Shown piece after piece: positions 28,825 through 41,500 of a stretch of 64,000 bases of DNA (the first letter of the stretch is position 1; every line of letters starts with the position of its first letter). The position numbers and the translations under genes are program-made. This DNA comes from Selaginella moellendorffii (lineage: Eukaryota; Plantae; Lycopodiophyta). The DNA lies in NCBI RefSeq assembly GCF_000143415.4, contig NW_003314318.1, positions 372,001 to 436,000 of the forward strand, read 5' to 3'. A model generated the notes under the pieces. It worked only from the letters and a program-made list of their open reading frames with translations, did no database searches and was not told where the DNA came from.

Positions 28825-29976
28825 ATGGAATCTTTTGCCCGGTCCAAGAAGCCCCGTGCAAGCATCAGCGCGCCTCCAGGCGGCGAGGGAGGCCAATCCG
28901 TGGCTCAGAAGCCCGATTCTCGCGAGGTCGGGGCATTCCAGGTTCTTGCTTTCGATTTTTTTCCCTCTCCAAGGCCAGGGTCGGAGGATTTCGATCTTGC
29001 TGCGGGGAAACCCGCGGAGAAAGATCCGGCCCCGTCGAGATTCTGGCGGTCGCTTGTGCGTATCGTCGGCAAGAACAGGCTGGGGATGAAGACGAAGAGC
29101 TCGAGCTTGAGCCACGAAATTCTCGCGGAAAATCTCGAGCCGTGGAGTTATCCACTGGTGGATTTAAGCGAGAAAAAGATCAGTGGAAAGAAGTGGACAT
29201 CGACTATCAAGGCTCTTCTCTTTGGCAGATCGAAGAAGACGAAGGAGAGCCCGTTTGATTCGTCGCTCAACACGAGCAAGGAATCGATAAGTCCCTCCGC
29301 CGTGTGCCCGGGACGCAGCTCGGGCGAGAGCTCCTCCACATCTTACATCACTGCCGATGGATTCTCTTCTCCAAACTCCGACAAGCCCAGGACTTCTTCC
29401 CAGCAGAGCTCATCAACTTCGACGCCAAACTTGATGGCTTGCAAAGAAACCTGCCGAGTTTCCAGAGAGACGAGCTTGATCATCGCCAGGAGCATCTCGA
29501 GGTTGTCCTGCGGGCACGATCGCGACGATCTTCTGGATACGATCGAGAGCGTCCCGCTGCTAGAGACCCCCAGATCATCAGCAATGTCTTCGCCAGCATC
29601 GAGCACTACTTCCAGCAAAAGAAGCTCGAGGATCTCTCCCCGGATCTCCCCCAGCCGGTGCCACGAGAAGCCGATGAGGCGCTCGTCCGCGGTGCTAGAA
29701 CGAAGAATGCCGTCGTCCCCCAGCGCCATGAAGCTACGAGCGGCGGCAGCAAACGAGAAGAAGAATTCGCCGGCCCCTCTGGGCAATGTTGCGATCGTGA
29801 AGCAGTCGGAAGATCCATTCCGGGATTTCCAGGACTCGATGATCGAGATGATCAAGGCCAAGAACATCAAAAGCGACCGCGAGCTCGTCAATCTCTTGAA
29901 CTGCTACCTCTCCCTCAACGCTCCAAAGCTCCATCCCACCATCATCGACGCTTTTGCAAAGGTCTGCCCACATTGA
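28825..29976 (+). CDS. OFP: OVATE family protein (transcriptional repressor)
   Basis: Intronless 383 aa, Ser-rich, with C-terminal OVATE domain AIVKQSEDPFRDFQDSMIEMI...LVNLLNCYLSLNAPKLHPTIIDAF. Confidence 0.92.
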   Translation: MESFARSKKPRASISAPPGGEGGQSVAQKPDSREVGAFQVLAFDFFPSPRPGSEDFDLAAGKPAEKDPAPSRFWRSLVRIVGKNRLGMKTKSSSLSHEILAENLEPWSYPLVDLSEKKISGKKWTSTIKALLFGRSKKTKESPFDSSLNTSKESISPSAVCPGRSSGESSSTSYITADGFSSPNSDKPRTSSQQSSSTSTPNLMACKETCRVSRETSLIIARSISRLSCGHDRDDLLDTIESVPLLETPRSSAMSSPASSTTSSKRSSRISPRISPSRCHEKPMRRSSAVLERRMPSSPSAMKLRAAAANEKKNSPAPLGNVAIVKQSEDPFRDFQDSMIEMIKAKNIKSDRELVNLLNCYLSLNAPKLHPTIIDAFAKVCPH

Positions 29977-30212
29977 TCTTAGAGTAAAATCTCCTAGAAT
30001 CTTTTTGCTTTCATGTATCAACAAAACTGAAAGAAATTGTTTTGTAAAAGACTTAACTTTTATGTAATAAAACAAATTTAAACTGGGGTAGTTAAAACGA
30101 TTCTGGAAGTTTCACTTAGGTAAAGTTCAAGGGTTCTAACATAAAGAATATTCTCGTTTAAGAGGGAGGCGTGGTTTCCAGAGTTTAGGGTTTTAGTAAG
30201 GTTAGCGTGTAG

Positions 30213-32255
30213 ATGGATGGGAGCGGCAATTCTCTGGCCGGCAGCGTCGGGGGCGATGGATCCAAGCGGCGCGTCTCCTACTTTTACGATCCAGAGGTGG
30301 GCAATTACTACTACGGGCAGGGCCACCCGATGAAGCCTCACCGGATGCGAATGACGCACAGCCTTTTGGTGCACTACGGCCTCCACCTCAAGATGGAGGT
30401 CGTGGAGCCATTCCGCGCGCGCGACAAGGATCTCTGCAAGTTCCACGCCGACGATTACGTCGATTTCCTCAAGCAAGTCACGCCCGAGACGCAGCAGGAG
30501 TTCGCCAAAGTCTTGAAGCGATTCAACGTCGGCGAGGACTGCCCGGTGTTCGATGGGTTGTATAGCTTCTGCCAGATGTATACCGGGGGGTCGGTCGGAG
30601 GGGCCGTGCGCCTGAACACGAATCGATCCGACATCGCCATCAACTGGTCCGGCGGACTGCATCACGCGAAAAAGTGTGAGGCGTCCGGGTTTTGCTACGT
30701 GAATGACATTGTTCTTGCGATCCTGGAGCTCCTCAAGCAACACCAGGTACGCAAAGCTTTAAGTTTCCTTTTTGTTCTTTCTTTCCTCGGACTTCTTGTC
30801 CTCCTTGTCGAATGTAGACTTCGTCAATGGTTTGTCTTTTCTCCACACTGTTTGTCATTCGTTCTTTGTGTAGCGATTCATCGTGCTTTTGCCCTCTTGT
30901 TCTAAACTTCGTTTGTTAATGGTCTCTATTTGTTGCGCTCTATCACTGTGACTGGTCTTTCTGGCTTCTTTTGGATCTAAAGCTTAAACGTTTCCGCTTC
31001 GCAGCGCGTGCTCTACATCGACATCGATGTTCACCACGGCGACGGTGTCGAGGAGGCCTTCTACACCACCGACAGAGTCATGACGGTATCTTTCCACAAG
31101 TTTGGCGACTTCTTCCCGGGGACTGGCGATCTCCGGGATGTCGGCCACGGGAAAGGGAAGTATTACTCCGTCAACGTACCGCTTAACGAGGGGATCGACG
31201 ACGAGAGCTACCAGCGGCTGTTCAAGCCGGTGATAAGCAAAGTCATGGAGGTTTACCAGCCGGGGGCGATTGTCTTGCAGTGTGGTGCCGACTCTCTCTC
31301 GGGAGATCGTCTCGGCTGCTTCAACCTCTCGGTAAAGGGTCACGCCGAGTGCGTGAGATTCGTGCGTTCTTTTAATGTACCTCTGCTCTTGGTTGGAGGG
31401 GGAGGATACACGGTAAGAAACGTTGCAAGGTGTTGGTGCTACGAGGTAAGAACTCCTTTCCTCTCGTTTTGGTGGTTTCTTAATTCTTTTTTTCTTATCA
31501 GACGGGTGTTGCTGTTGGAGTCGAGCTCGAGAACCAGATGCCTTACAACGATTACTACGAGTACTTTGGTCCGGAGTATACGTTGCTCGTGCCGGCCAGC
31601 AACAAGGAGAATGCTAATTCTCCGGAGTATTTGGACAGTCTCAGGTACTTCCCTTTTGTAACTGGAGAGACTTTGTTTGCTCACTTTGTATGATGTCTTA
31701 CAGGCAACAACTGCTTGAGAACATTTCAAAGCTCCAACATGCTCCTAGTGTTCCGTTCTACGAAAGGCCACCGGATATGGAGCCTGGCGAGGAAATGGTC
31801 TGGGTGTCTTGAAATTCCGGAACTGTTATTAACACTTTGTAGCTTTCAGGAGGAGGATGACGCTGATGCACGGCCAACAAGGCCTAAGCCAGGAGTGTGG
31901 AACGGGGAACCAGTTGATTCAGACTCCGAAGGCGAGGGAGACGTACACAGGCAGAGGCAGAGGCTCCCGAAACAAGAACTCGATTTCATCAGCAGGTTTG
32001 TATCGAAAAATCCTTCAAGCTTTCAGTAGCATGCCCCTGAAAAAGTGCCATTGATTGACTAAATAGGAAGCTGCCACCATCTGAAGAACCGGCTGTCAAG
32101 AGACCAAAGTTTGATGAAGTAAGTGAGCTCGCATTTCCTGACGTCTCATGGGTTAATTAACTTTTCAGAGGACTGAAGAGCAGAGAGATGATGATATCGC
32201 AACTTCACTCTCTTTAGGCCCAGCAATGGCAGCAGAGATTAAGATTAGCTCGTGA
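30213..32255 (+). CDS. Class I (RPD3-like) histone deacetylase of the HDA19/HDA6 group, multi-exon
   Basis: [109 protein letters not shown]. Last exon ends EIKISS* at 32255. Confidence 0.96.
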
Positions 32256-32719
32256 GCATGTAAATATAACAACTGGTCCAGAAGTTTTGAGCAACAGAGT
32301 TTTTTGGTTCTTGTTGCTAAGGAGCTCTTTCACAATATGACTTTCATGTATTTTCTGCGAAAGAATTAGAAGGCGTGCTGTCCCAGAAATCTCCCAAGGC
32401 CATCGGTCACGTTTTGGCAATGGTCAAAGCTACGCAAGATAAAGCAATGCAGAATTGGAGAATTGGATAATAATAAAATTAGGATTATTTTGGAACAAAG
32501 ATGTTAGAAAAAAAAAATTAGCTACAAAAATTTGTGAATGATCTGTAGTGCTTTTTAGGTAAGATATAATATTTCAGTTGTTTTGTGAATCATCTTTCTT
32601 GATTGCACATAAAATATAATATCTTAGTTGTTTTGTGAATCATGTTTCTGATTGCATTGCACTGTTATGAGCATCATTGCAATCATCAATGTCATTTTTC
32701 ATTTGGTGTGTAGATTATG

Positions 32720-34110
32720 AGTGGATGTTTATGAATCTCAAAGAGTTATTAACAACTCTTCCGGTTTTGGTATATCTTAATTATATTAACCTTTCATTTT
32801 GTACGTAGATGTTTTTGATATTGGTCTTAGTTAAAGGTGTGTTGATACAAAAGAGCCCAAGTGTGCTTAGTCAACACCATCCTATTGTTATATTACTAAA
32901 AGGTGATCATGCTACTATTACTTCATTATTGAAATGGGCTTTGAATTTTTAAATATATAATTTTAATATTGTTCATTGCCCGGGGAGTTTTATGGTTGAT
33001 GTTAATACCCTTTCTTGAGTTCCTTTTTCTTCACTCTCGTTTCATGTTTCTAATGAGCCTGTTATTTTAGTATTTATAGATTTTCTAAATAAATATTCTA
33101 TGCCATCGGCAGTTGTTGTACTTGATATTCAGTGTCCACAAAATGCAGAGCAAGATTTATCTTTTCTTGATGAGGTTCACAAGGCTCAAAAAATTAAGCT
33201 ATGGATTTGAATGCTTCGAGATAGGTTTGAGAATTCTGCATCACTTACTGATGACTTGCTATTCCAGTATTTACATTCTCAATATCACCTTGAAGATAAC
33301 TTTTTTTATTTTGTGGGGATAGTTCCTAGTGATCATTTACAGCTGATGGTGCTTTCAATATTTATTCCATAGTTTTTCCATACCTACTATAATTCTCTTG
33401 TTTTAGGTGGGCATATGAAATATTGTCATGTGACTGAGAAGTTGCATAAGTTTTGTTATTGGCCAGAGATGCAATATGATGTTGTCTGATATGTGTATAA
33501 CTATATTTGGTGCCAAGCTAATAATACTCCCCTTTGTGCTATGGAAAGACGATTGGAGTCAATTATAATTTCCCGTTCATTTGAGTTTGTGGCATTCAAT
33601 TTTATAGGACTTTTTCCATAATTGACTATTAGCAATAAATATGTTATTATTACTTCTAACTACTTGACTCGTTAGGTGGAAGTTGGTGCTTTTGTTAGTG
33701 CTTTTGCAACTGCTGTTGGATACCTCCTCCTTAATTGAGTGGTGTTCTAGCATTCTTGTTCGAAGCGGATTCTTTCAGATAATGGTCCTGCATTTATGAT
33801 TAAGGCACTTTATGTTTTGATGTCTCAGTTGGGAATACACCACACTTTTACAAGTGCTTATCATCCATAGTCAGAAGGTTTAGTGGAATGGCTCGTTCAG
33901 ACATTCAAAGGGATGATTATGAAGTATGTGAACTTTTAATATTTAGATTGGGATAGTTATTTGCCATCTCTTCGGTATGTATATGTCATAGGGGTGTAGA
34001 ATTCTATTGGTGCTTCACCATATAAATTTCTATATGGTTATGATTCAATATTACCAAGGTAGTTAGATTTACTTTCACGATTGCCACGAGTTGCTGATGC
34101 TCAACAACAA
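32720..34110 (+). mobile_element. Degenerate Ty3/Gypsy RNaseH-integrase remnant
   Basis: Collinear with 46670-48095, sharing e.g. aaagagttatt-acaact, gcaataaatatgttattat, aatggtcc, ggtgcttcaccatataaa. Integrase-like SDNGPAF and YHP.S.GLVE traces with many stops. Confidence 0.8.
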
Positions 34111-34936
34111 CACTCATTTTAATTATTATATTTACTATAAGATCATTTAGTATTTCTTAATTACGGTTTAAAGAATATACTTAAAATACCAAAAAATTTC
34201 TAGGATATAATTGTTGATTATTTATCTTTAATATAAATTATGTTTAAATTTCTAGTTAAAAATCACACTATAATTTAGTAAGTGAAGGAGTGCAAATATT
34301 TAATATCAAATAAAATGCAAAATCAATACTGTGAGGTCCAAGTGTACAGCTACGATGCCGATACTATAGCATAGTGGGATTTTGGTAGTTGTCGGATTGG
34401 TTTCAATCTAAACCATTCACTCTTATATATAGTTTTTGGGCTAATTGATATACACATTTTCTGTATTCCATTTCCATATTCCAAACACTCACATTGGTGG
34501 AGTTGAGGGATGACCATGCACTTAAATTGAATAAACATAAGGTAGGAACTATATGTGTTTTTTGTTGAGCATATTTGGCCTGGTTTGAGAAATTTGTGTC
34601 ATTGGTTTGCATTTGCTAGTATTAAGAACCCCGTGATATTGAGATTAGTCCCTTAATATTCGCTAGATGATAGCTTACTGTATTTGCCAAACACCCTTGC
34701 TATCATGCTCTTTGTCCCAAATACTATTTATGGAAAGTGTCTAAATTTGCTTATTTGGCATATTTACGGAATGTAGAGATTCTTTTGAACACAATGGTGT
34801 TTGTCCTGTATCAAAATTCGCAATCTAGAGATATTCCATATTTAGTAAGTTTCAAATTTATCCCAGAGACTAACTCCTGGTACCAAGGGAGGCTAGAGGT
34901 GAAGGCCCAAAACGTGTGTTCATTAGGGGGTGGGGG

Positions 34937-35576
34937 TGTAAGCAACCAAAAGGAACGAGGGAAAGGGCTCATGAACAAAAGTGCACCCCCTTTTCCAATC
35001 GGTTAAGGGTCTTGGGATACTTGGGGTTAAGCGTCTTTGGGTTTGAGTAGTACTAAGCTGGGTGACCTCCTGGGAAGTCCAAATTTAGGAGCTTACATTT
35101 GGTATTAGAGGGGTCTCGGGTCCGACTCTATTGGTTGGCTAGGAGAATCACACCACATGTTAATTGACATTTGGCTGGTCCAGTTTGCTCCCACTAGGCT
35201 CGACTTTGTTGGTTGGCTAGGGGAATCACACCACATGTTGATTAACATCTGGCTGGTCCAGTTTGCTCCTGCTAAGCTCGACCTGAGGGGTAGGGTGTCA
35301 AGAGAGCGGGGCTCTTGAGAGAGCTATGGCTCTCATCTTTCGTTCACGAGGGTGTGAACTTGCAGAGAAGTGTAATGGATTGTAAACAACCAAAGGGAAT
35401 AACTCGAGAGACGATCCATTGTGGTTCAAATATAGAGGGAAAGGGCTCATGAACAAGAGTGCACCCCCTTTTCTAATCGGTTAAGAGTCTTGGGATACTT
35501 GGGGTTAAGTGTCCTTGGGTTTAAATAGTACTGGGCTAAGTGACCTCTTGGGAAGTCTAAATTTTAGGAGCTTATA
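34937..35576 (+). mobile_element. Complete TRIM retrotransposon with 5S rRNA-derived sequence in both LTRs (Cassandra-like)
   Basis: LTR1 34937-35097 (TGTAAG...CTTACA), PBS TGGTATTAGAG 35100-35110 (tRNA-Met type), ~280 bp non-coding interior, LTR2 35381-35576 (TGTAAA...CTTATA), GGGGG flanks at 34932-34936 and 35577-35581. Each LTR contains a GTTAAG.GT..TTGGG...TAGTACT..G.T..GTGACCTC.TGGGAAGTC 5S internal-promoter segment. Confidence 0.9.
35026..35080 (+). promoter_or_regulatory. 5S rRNA internal control region (box A / IE / box C) homology inside LTR1; second copy at ~35504-35557
   Basis: gttaagcgtctttgggtttgagtagtactaagctgggtgacctcctgggaagtcc aligns without gaps at 48/55 nt to the plant 5S consensus as I recall it (GTTAAGCGTGCTTGGGCGAGAGTAGTACTAGGATGGGTGACCTCCTGGGAAGTCC). 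Confidence 0.85.
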
Positions 35577-37995
35577 GGGGGATATAGGGGGTTTCAAATG
35601 TATAGTAGGGATAGTGGGTAATTTGGGTATGGCTGATTAACCTAAAGCATAGTTTAGCTCTCACTTGTGTGCCTGTCCTTGTTTTGCATTAGGCCATCAA
35701 TATGCTAAAATAGCTAAAATAGTGCTAAACTCCATTTGGCTCCGTTTTGCATGCTAGTTTTAGCATTGGGATGTTGGTTGCTCTAAGATTGTTCTAAGTT
35801 GCTCTGTGCTCCTGTCTCTTTGCTCTTTGGGCTATATGCTCAAGAGTCATTCCATGCTCTAGTGCCATCACTCCTTAGCTCTATGTTTAGGATTTTGGCA
35901 CCATTCCTTCATTCAGTGGCCCAAGGCCCTAAATTTCGAGTTCTATATCATTGTTCTTTGGACATGTGGCATATGGCATGTGGCATATGGCATGTGGCAT
36001 ATGACATATGGCATATAGAGGGTTTAGGTTTCGCTTCCATGGTTATCCTATGATAAATCACCATAAAATAAAGGGTAAAAACCACATGCACTATAGTCCC
36101 TAAAGAGTGCTTAGATTTTGGATTTTTGTTTAAATCTAGCTTTTGCATCATCTAGATTTAGCTTTCTCCATTTTCTATCTTTTGTTCTTTTCTTTCAGGA
36201 TTTTGGTTTAGATCTAGCTTTTCCATTGCCTAGATCTCCCTTTCCTTTTAGTTTTTTCTCATTTCTCTTTCTTTGCTCTTTCCTTTTCATTCATCTTCAT
36301 GGTAGGGCAGTAGTCTCCTCCTCTGATTCTAGTGCAGTAGTTGGTGCAATTGCTTGATGTTATGCGATTGCAATTAAACAACCAAACTTAGTTGATGGCG
36401 GCATTTATGGCACATGGCATAGCTCCTCTTGCTCTTGGTGTTAATCCTCGCATTCGGTCGGAGTTATTTCGTGGGAATCTTGGGGATGATGTGTACTATT
36501 GGTTCAATCATTTCATGGTGATTGCCATATATCATTCTTGGGATGATACTCGATATTTACATGAGTTTCCCATGTGTTTCCAAGGGACAGCACTGTAGTG
36601 GTACAATGGTTTGTGTGCAGCCACTCGTGGGGATTAGAGTGTTCTCCCAAACGTCTTCAAACACACATTCAGATATACTGACAATTATGATAATGCCTTC
36701 CAGCAATTGCATCGTCGTTGTCAAGGGCTATCTAAGTCAGTGATGCAATTTGATATTCGTTTTCAAAGCCTTTTGCTTCGTGTAGAGCCAATATGTCAGA
36801 GTGGATCAAGCTAGAAATGTTGTGGCTAGCACTTCATCAAGATTTTGTCGAACTTGTGCATGCACTTGCTCCAGCCACCCTTGATGATGCTTTTTGCTTG
36901 GCACAACACTATGAGACGTTGCCTCTTCCACTTTTCATTGCACATCCTTCCGCTCTACTTCCTGTGGGCGAGGGTCCTGGTCCAATGGAGGTGTAAGCGA
37001 CTAAATTTTCCATTCTACTTTAGTCACTTAACCACACCTCTGACCACTTGGAGGAGTCTCATTCACAACCTCCATAAGTCCAATCCAGGACTTGGGACTT
37101 GCTAGCCCCGAAAATGGCATCCATGCCACTCAACATTTGCACTTGGTCCAAGTGCTCCACGTGTCCGATCCCATGACCGACACTCAAAGGTACCACCGAC
37201 ATAGCAGCCCATTACGCTAAGGCCATGCCCAATCACCTTTGCCACACTGGTAGTCCGATACCACTTGCATCACAGTCTTGGCTCTCCAAGACTAGGCAAA
37301 CCATCTGTGAGTGGTCATCTCAGATCCACTCCTTAGCATCCTTAGGATGCCCGCCGACAAGGGGAATAGCCTTCCCCAATATCCCTCTGTCAGTCCCCAC
37401 TAAGTCCCTTTCTGCCCCTGGCCGTGTTTGCCAACACTGCCACTGGATCGAGACCCACAGGCCCGACCATTAAGTCCCACTGTCCTCTGGGACTTCCTCA
37501 CCACACGACTGTGTCCTTGGTCACTACCCCAGAGGACTGCTCCTCTTCCTTTCCACAGTCTGGGCCTTTGGGACAACATTTCGGAACACCGTGGCCTTAC
37601 GCAAGCCACCTGGGTACTCTCCTCGCCTTCTGCCCTTGGGTGCTCTAGCCATGGGCTTAGAGCGAGGTTCCGTTGAGCCACGCCTGGTGTCCAAGTAGGT
37701 AGTGCCACCCACACTTGGACTGGGAGCATCGGCCAGTCGATCTCCCGGGGGAACCAGAGCTGGCTCTTGAACACTTCACCAAGCTACCCCGCTTGTCGGT
37801 CTGTGTTCACTCTAGTCTTGGACTTCCCAGTGGGCAGCTCATCACCCAACACTGGGTCCGGCCTTCCTGGGCCAAACTGGCCTTTCCTGGCCAAACTGGC
37901 TCCACTGCAGTCCTCCCCCTACTATACTTTTGGAGCTCACCAAACCCCCCAGGGTCTGGGAGACGAACGCTTTGGGCTTTCACCCTCTCAGGCTC

Positions 37996-38580
37996 CGGAC
38001 TCGGACTCGGACTCGGACTCGGACTCGGACTCGGACTCGGACTCGGATTCGGACTCGGACTCGGGCTCGGGCTCGGTCTCAGCCTCGGCCTCGGTCTCGG
38101 TCTCGGTCCCGGTCTCGGTCTCGGTCTCGACTTCGGACTCCATCTCGGACTCCATCTCAGACTCCATCTCGGACTCCGTCTCGGACTCCATCTCGGTCCA
38201 TCTCGGGTCCATCTCGGACTCCATCTCGGACTCCATCTCGGGTCCATCTCGGACTCCATCTCGGGTCCATCTCGGACTCCATCTCGGACTCCATTTCGGG
38301 TCCATCTCGGGTCCACCTCGGACTCCATCTCGGACTCCATCTCGGGTCCATCTCGGACTCCACTTCGGACTCCAACTCGGGTCCATCTCGGGTCCACCTC
38401 GGACTCCACTTCGGACTCCATCTCGGACTCCATCTCGGGTCCATCTCGGACTCCACTTCGGACTCCAACTCGGGTCCATCTCAGACTCCAACTCGGGTCC
38501 ATCTCGGACTCCACTTCGGACTCCAACTCGGGTCCATCTCGGACTCCACTTCGGACTCCAACTCGAGTCCATCTCGGACA
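37996..38580. repeat. Compound micro/minisatellite in LTR: (GACTCG)n, (GTCTCG)n and 11-12 bp TCCATCTCGG(AC/G) units
   Basis: Directly visible array that lacks stop codons in several frames. Confidence 0.95.
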
Positions 38581-41500
38581 CTCCCACGTGTCATGTGTTG
38601 GTCCTTTTGGGTCCCTTTTTGGAGCCTTGCCTTTTGCTCGCTTTGTGCTCGTTCCTCGAGCACTTCGTTGGGAGTTCCACTCCCGCTCTTGACTTTTCAA
38701 GTCGGAGCTTTTGGTCCAAACGTGTTACGCTCGTTTGGTTCTCGCTTCGGCCACTACCATGTGGCGCCCTTCTGGCTCCACTTTGGGGCCTAGGGATTTT
38801 GTGTCTCACAACTCCACCACCCATAGACGAAGTTTGATGTCCTCATCGAACGGTAAACCCTTTCATAAAGTAACACCCACACGTGTTACCATTTCCATCC
38901 TTGGCACCTAGCCAATCTTTGTCTATGGTTTGACACCAAAGGCTCACCATGCCTTGTCCATCCTTTAAGGAGCGTAGTCTCTACAACTTAGAGACTGATT
39001 GGACCACATGTAATGGTTCTCTCCTTTTATTGGTTTAGTTCTCGCTAAACCTCTTAGAGACCCTTCTCTAAGTCAATCCCACTACTCCTTCTCGAGTAGT
39101 CTCAATTTCTATCGATATAACCTTTGCACTTTGGAACTTTGAATTTTGACTTCTTGGAGTCAATGTCCTAGGTGTCTCCGACACCTTGCCTTGCACCTTT
39201 TGTGCAACTCCACTTCCCATCCTAGGGAGTTCTCTACTCGATGGCACCATCATCCTCTCTTCTATTTCGTGCCAAAGTTCCAGTTATCATACTTTGTGCT
39301 AGGGCTGTTCATGGCCCTATCATTTGGCTACCTTACCGCTCCCTCCCTTGGAGCTTCCACTTTCGCCAAATCGGAGCATTTCGGAATCCCTCCTTGGAAA
39401 CACACTTCCTTTCCCGCAACTTGTTAGCGTCCAACACATTAGTGTTCCTCGCCTAACTTTGTCACTTGGATTCCTTCCAAGGGATTCCACGGCCCTATCT
39501 TGGCCACTCATCTCTTGCTCCTATCCGTTGATTGTTGCACCAAGCAACATCGAATCTCTACCTCCCTCCTTGAGGTATTGTTTCGGTTCCATAGCAAAGA
39601 CTCTTCTTTGCCAAGTCCGGAGGATGTTCACCCCTAGTACATCTCTTTAGCATCTTCTGCTATGGGCTCTATCCACGGCCCAACTTCGTGACCCTCCCAT
39701 GGGTCTTTTATAGAGACTACTTTCCTCGGACTCACTATGCCATCGCACGGACATAGTTTATTTCCCTTAGGTGCTCTTCCCACTTGGTCCTCACGACCAA
39801 GCCACACCACCTTAAACAGTTCAATTTCAACATTTTGAACCAGGAACTTCATTCCTTAGCTAAACAAGGACCTTGTCCTTATCTGGCCATAAGATCACCT
39901 AGTGATCTCACCTTGGCACCTTAACAGAGTTGCCAAGAGGTACTTGGTCTTCTAGACCTCCAAGTTGTTGACTATAACCCCGGGGGCATCCCCCACACTT
40001 GGCGGTGCACCCAAGCTAGCCCTTACGGCCAGGGGTTCATAGCAACTGAGATTAGGTGTCCCCATCTCACTCCCCACAACCTTGGTGCCACTTGCACCAA
40101 AGTGTTCAAGTTAGATATGCTGAACTTTCACACTAAGCAATCTAACCGTGCATCACGACTCCGAGGCATCCCTCGCTTGGCGGTGTGCCCAAACCAGTCT
40201 CCCCACTGAGAGTCCATGACCACCGAAATATGAGTGTCCTCATATTCCAAACCATCACCACGCCCTAGTGATTTGGGACTCGAACCCAAGCACTAGAGGG
40301 TCGGGACTCGAACCCAACCTCCGTATATGCATCTACGGACGGCATCACACAAGATGCCTGGCGTGACTCCCCACGCCGGTGCACCAACTTATTTTTAAAG
40401 CGCGCTACAGATCACAGCTTAGGAACCTAGTTCCTCCACACTGCCAAGTCCTCTCACTTGACATGTCTGTGATCATGCATGGACTCCTCCATGCTCGGCC
40501 CCATGGCCCACCCTTTTTGAAGTTATCACCTTCAACTAGGGTATTTGTTCCCCCGACGTGCCAATCTCGCTTGGCAAGTCCTCCGACCACTGTAACATGG
40601 TTCCTGCATAAGCGTGAAAGTCCTTGACCATGGACTTTCGTTCAAAGCCCTCTCTTTGAACACTCGGGAACTACTTCCCTAACCTTGATAGCCTTGCCTC
40701 ATGGCAAGCTTCAAGACCATGCTTCTGCTGCGCCACTCTGATTTCGCGCGTTCCATGAACCATTTACACTTAGCCTTTCTAGGTACTAAGCTACCTAGAA
40801 TTGTCTTTGGGAACCTTGAAGGAACTCTGTCCCTCGGCTTGCTAAGGCCTCCCTTTTTGCAAGCCTTCCAAATGCCACATAGTCTAACATGGACAATTCC
40901 ATATTTTAGACTCTTCATGGCATCACGGTTGCTAGCGGCAACACCCTCGAGCCCCCACTTGATTCTCCACTCCCAGCTGGCATAACCAACCTTGGTTTTG
41001 CCCTTTGATTCCTACAGTTCGGTTCTATCCCCTTACTTCTTGCTTTTTGGCTTCACACCTTTCCTTTGGTCATTCTCCTCCAGACCAGGAGGATAGCTTT
41101 GCACTTTCTATCATGCTTTAGCAAGTATTCTTAGGGATGAACCTACTCAATAGCCTAGGGAGTGGTTCCTCAATCCGGGTATGCTCACCTTATAATCCCA
41201 CACACTGGGATTACATTGTTGCTTATGGGCCTTTACATGCCCATCACTAGCCTTGCCAAAATTCCATTTTTGGCTTTGTCCAACTCGGGTAGACAGTCCT
41301 CTCTTGTCTCCGCAACCTTGGACATTTGGATAGCACCTTCTATCCATCATTCGCTAGGGACTTAGTCCCTTGGGCTTTATCCATTGCCCTCGCGACATCA
41401 AACACCACCTTCTGGTGTTCTAGAGTGTTCGGATGTCCCAATGATGGCTTTCTTGACAATGAGTATTTCCTTTTATGACATTGACTTACTATATCGCAAC

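Noticed and set aside
35026-35080. Functional 5S rRNA genes
   Set aside because: The 5' half and 3' end of 5S are missing, and the segments are embedded in LTRs.
37715-38837. Long overlapping ORFs in several frames (SDSDSD, LGLGLG, RTRTRT), also at 43591-44726 and 48147-48509
   Set aside because: Artefacts of stop-free 6/12-bp repeats within LTRs. Frames differ between the two LTR copies, so they are not conserved proteins.
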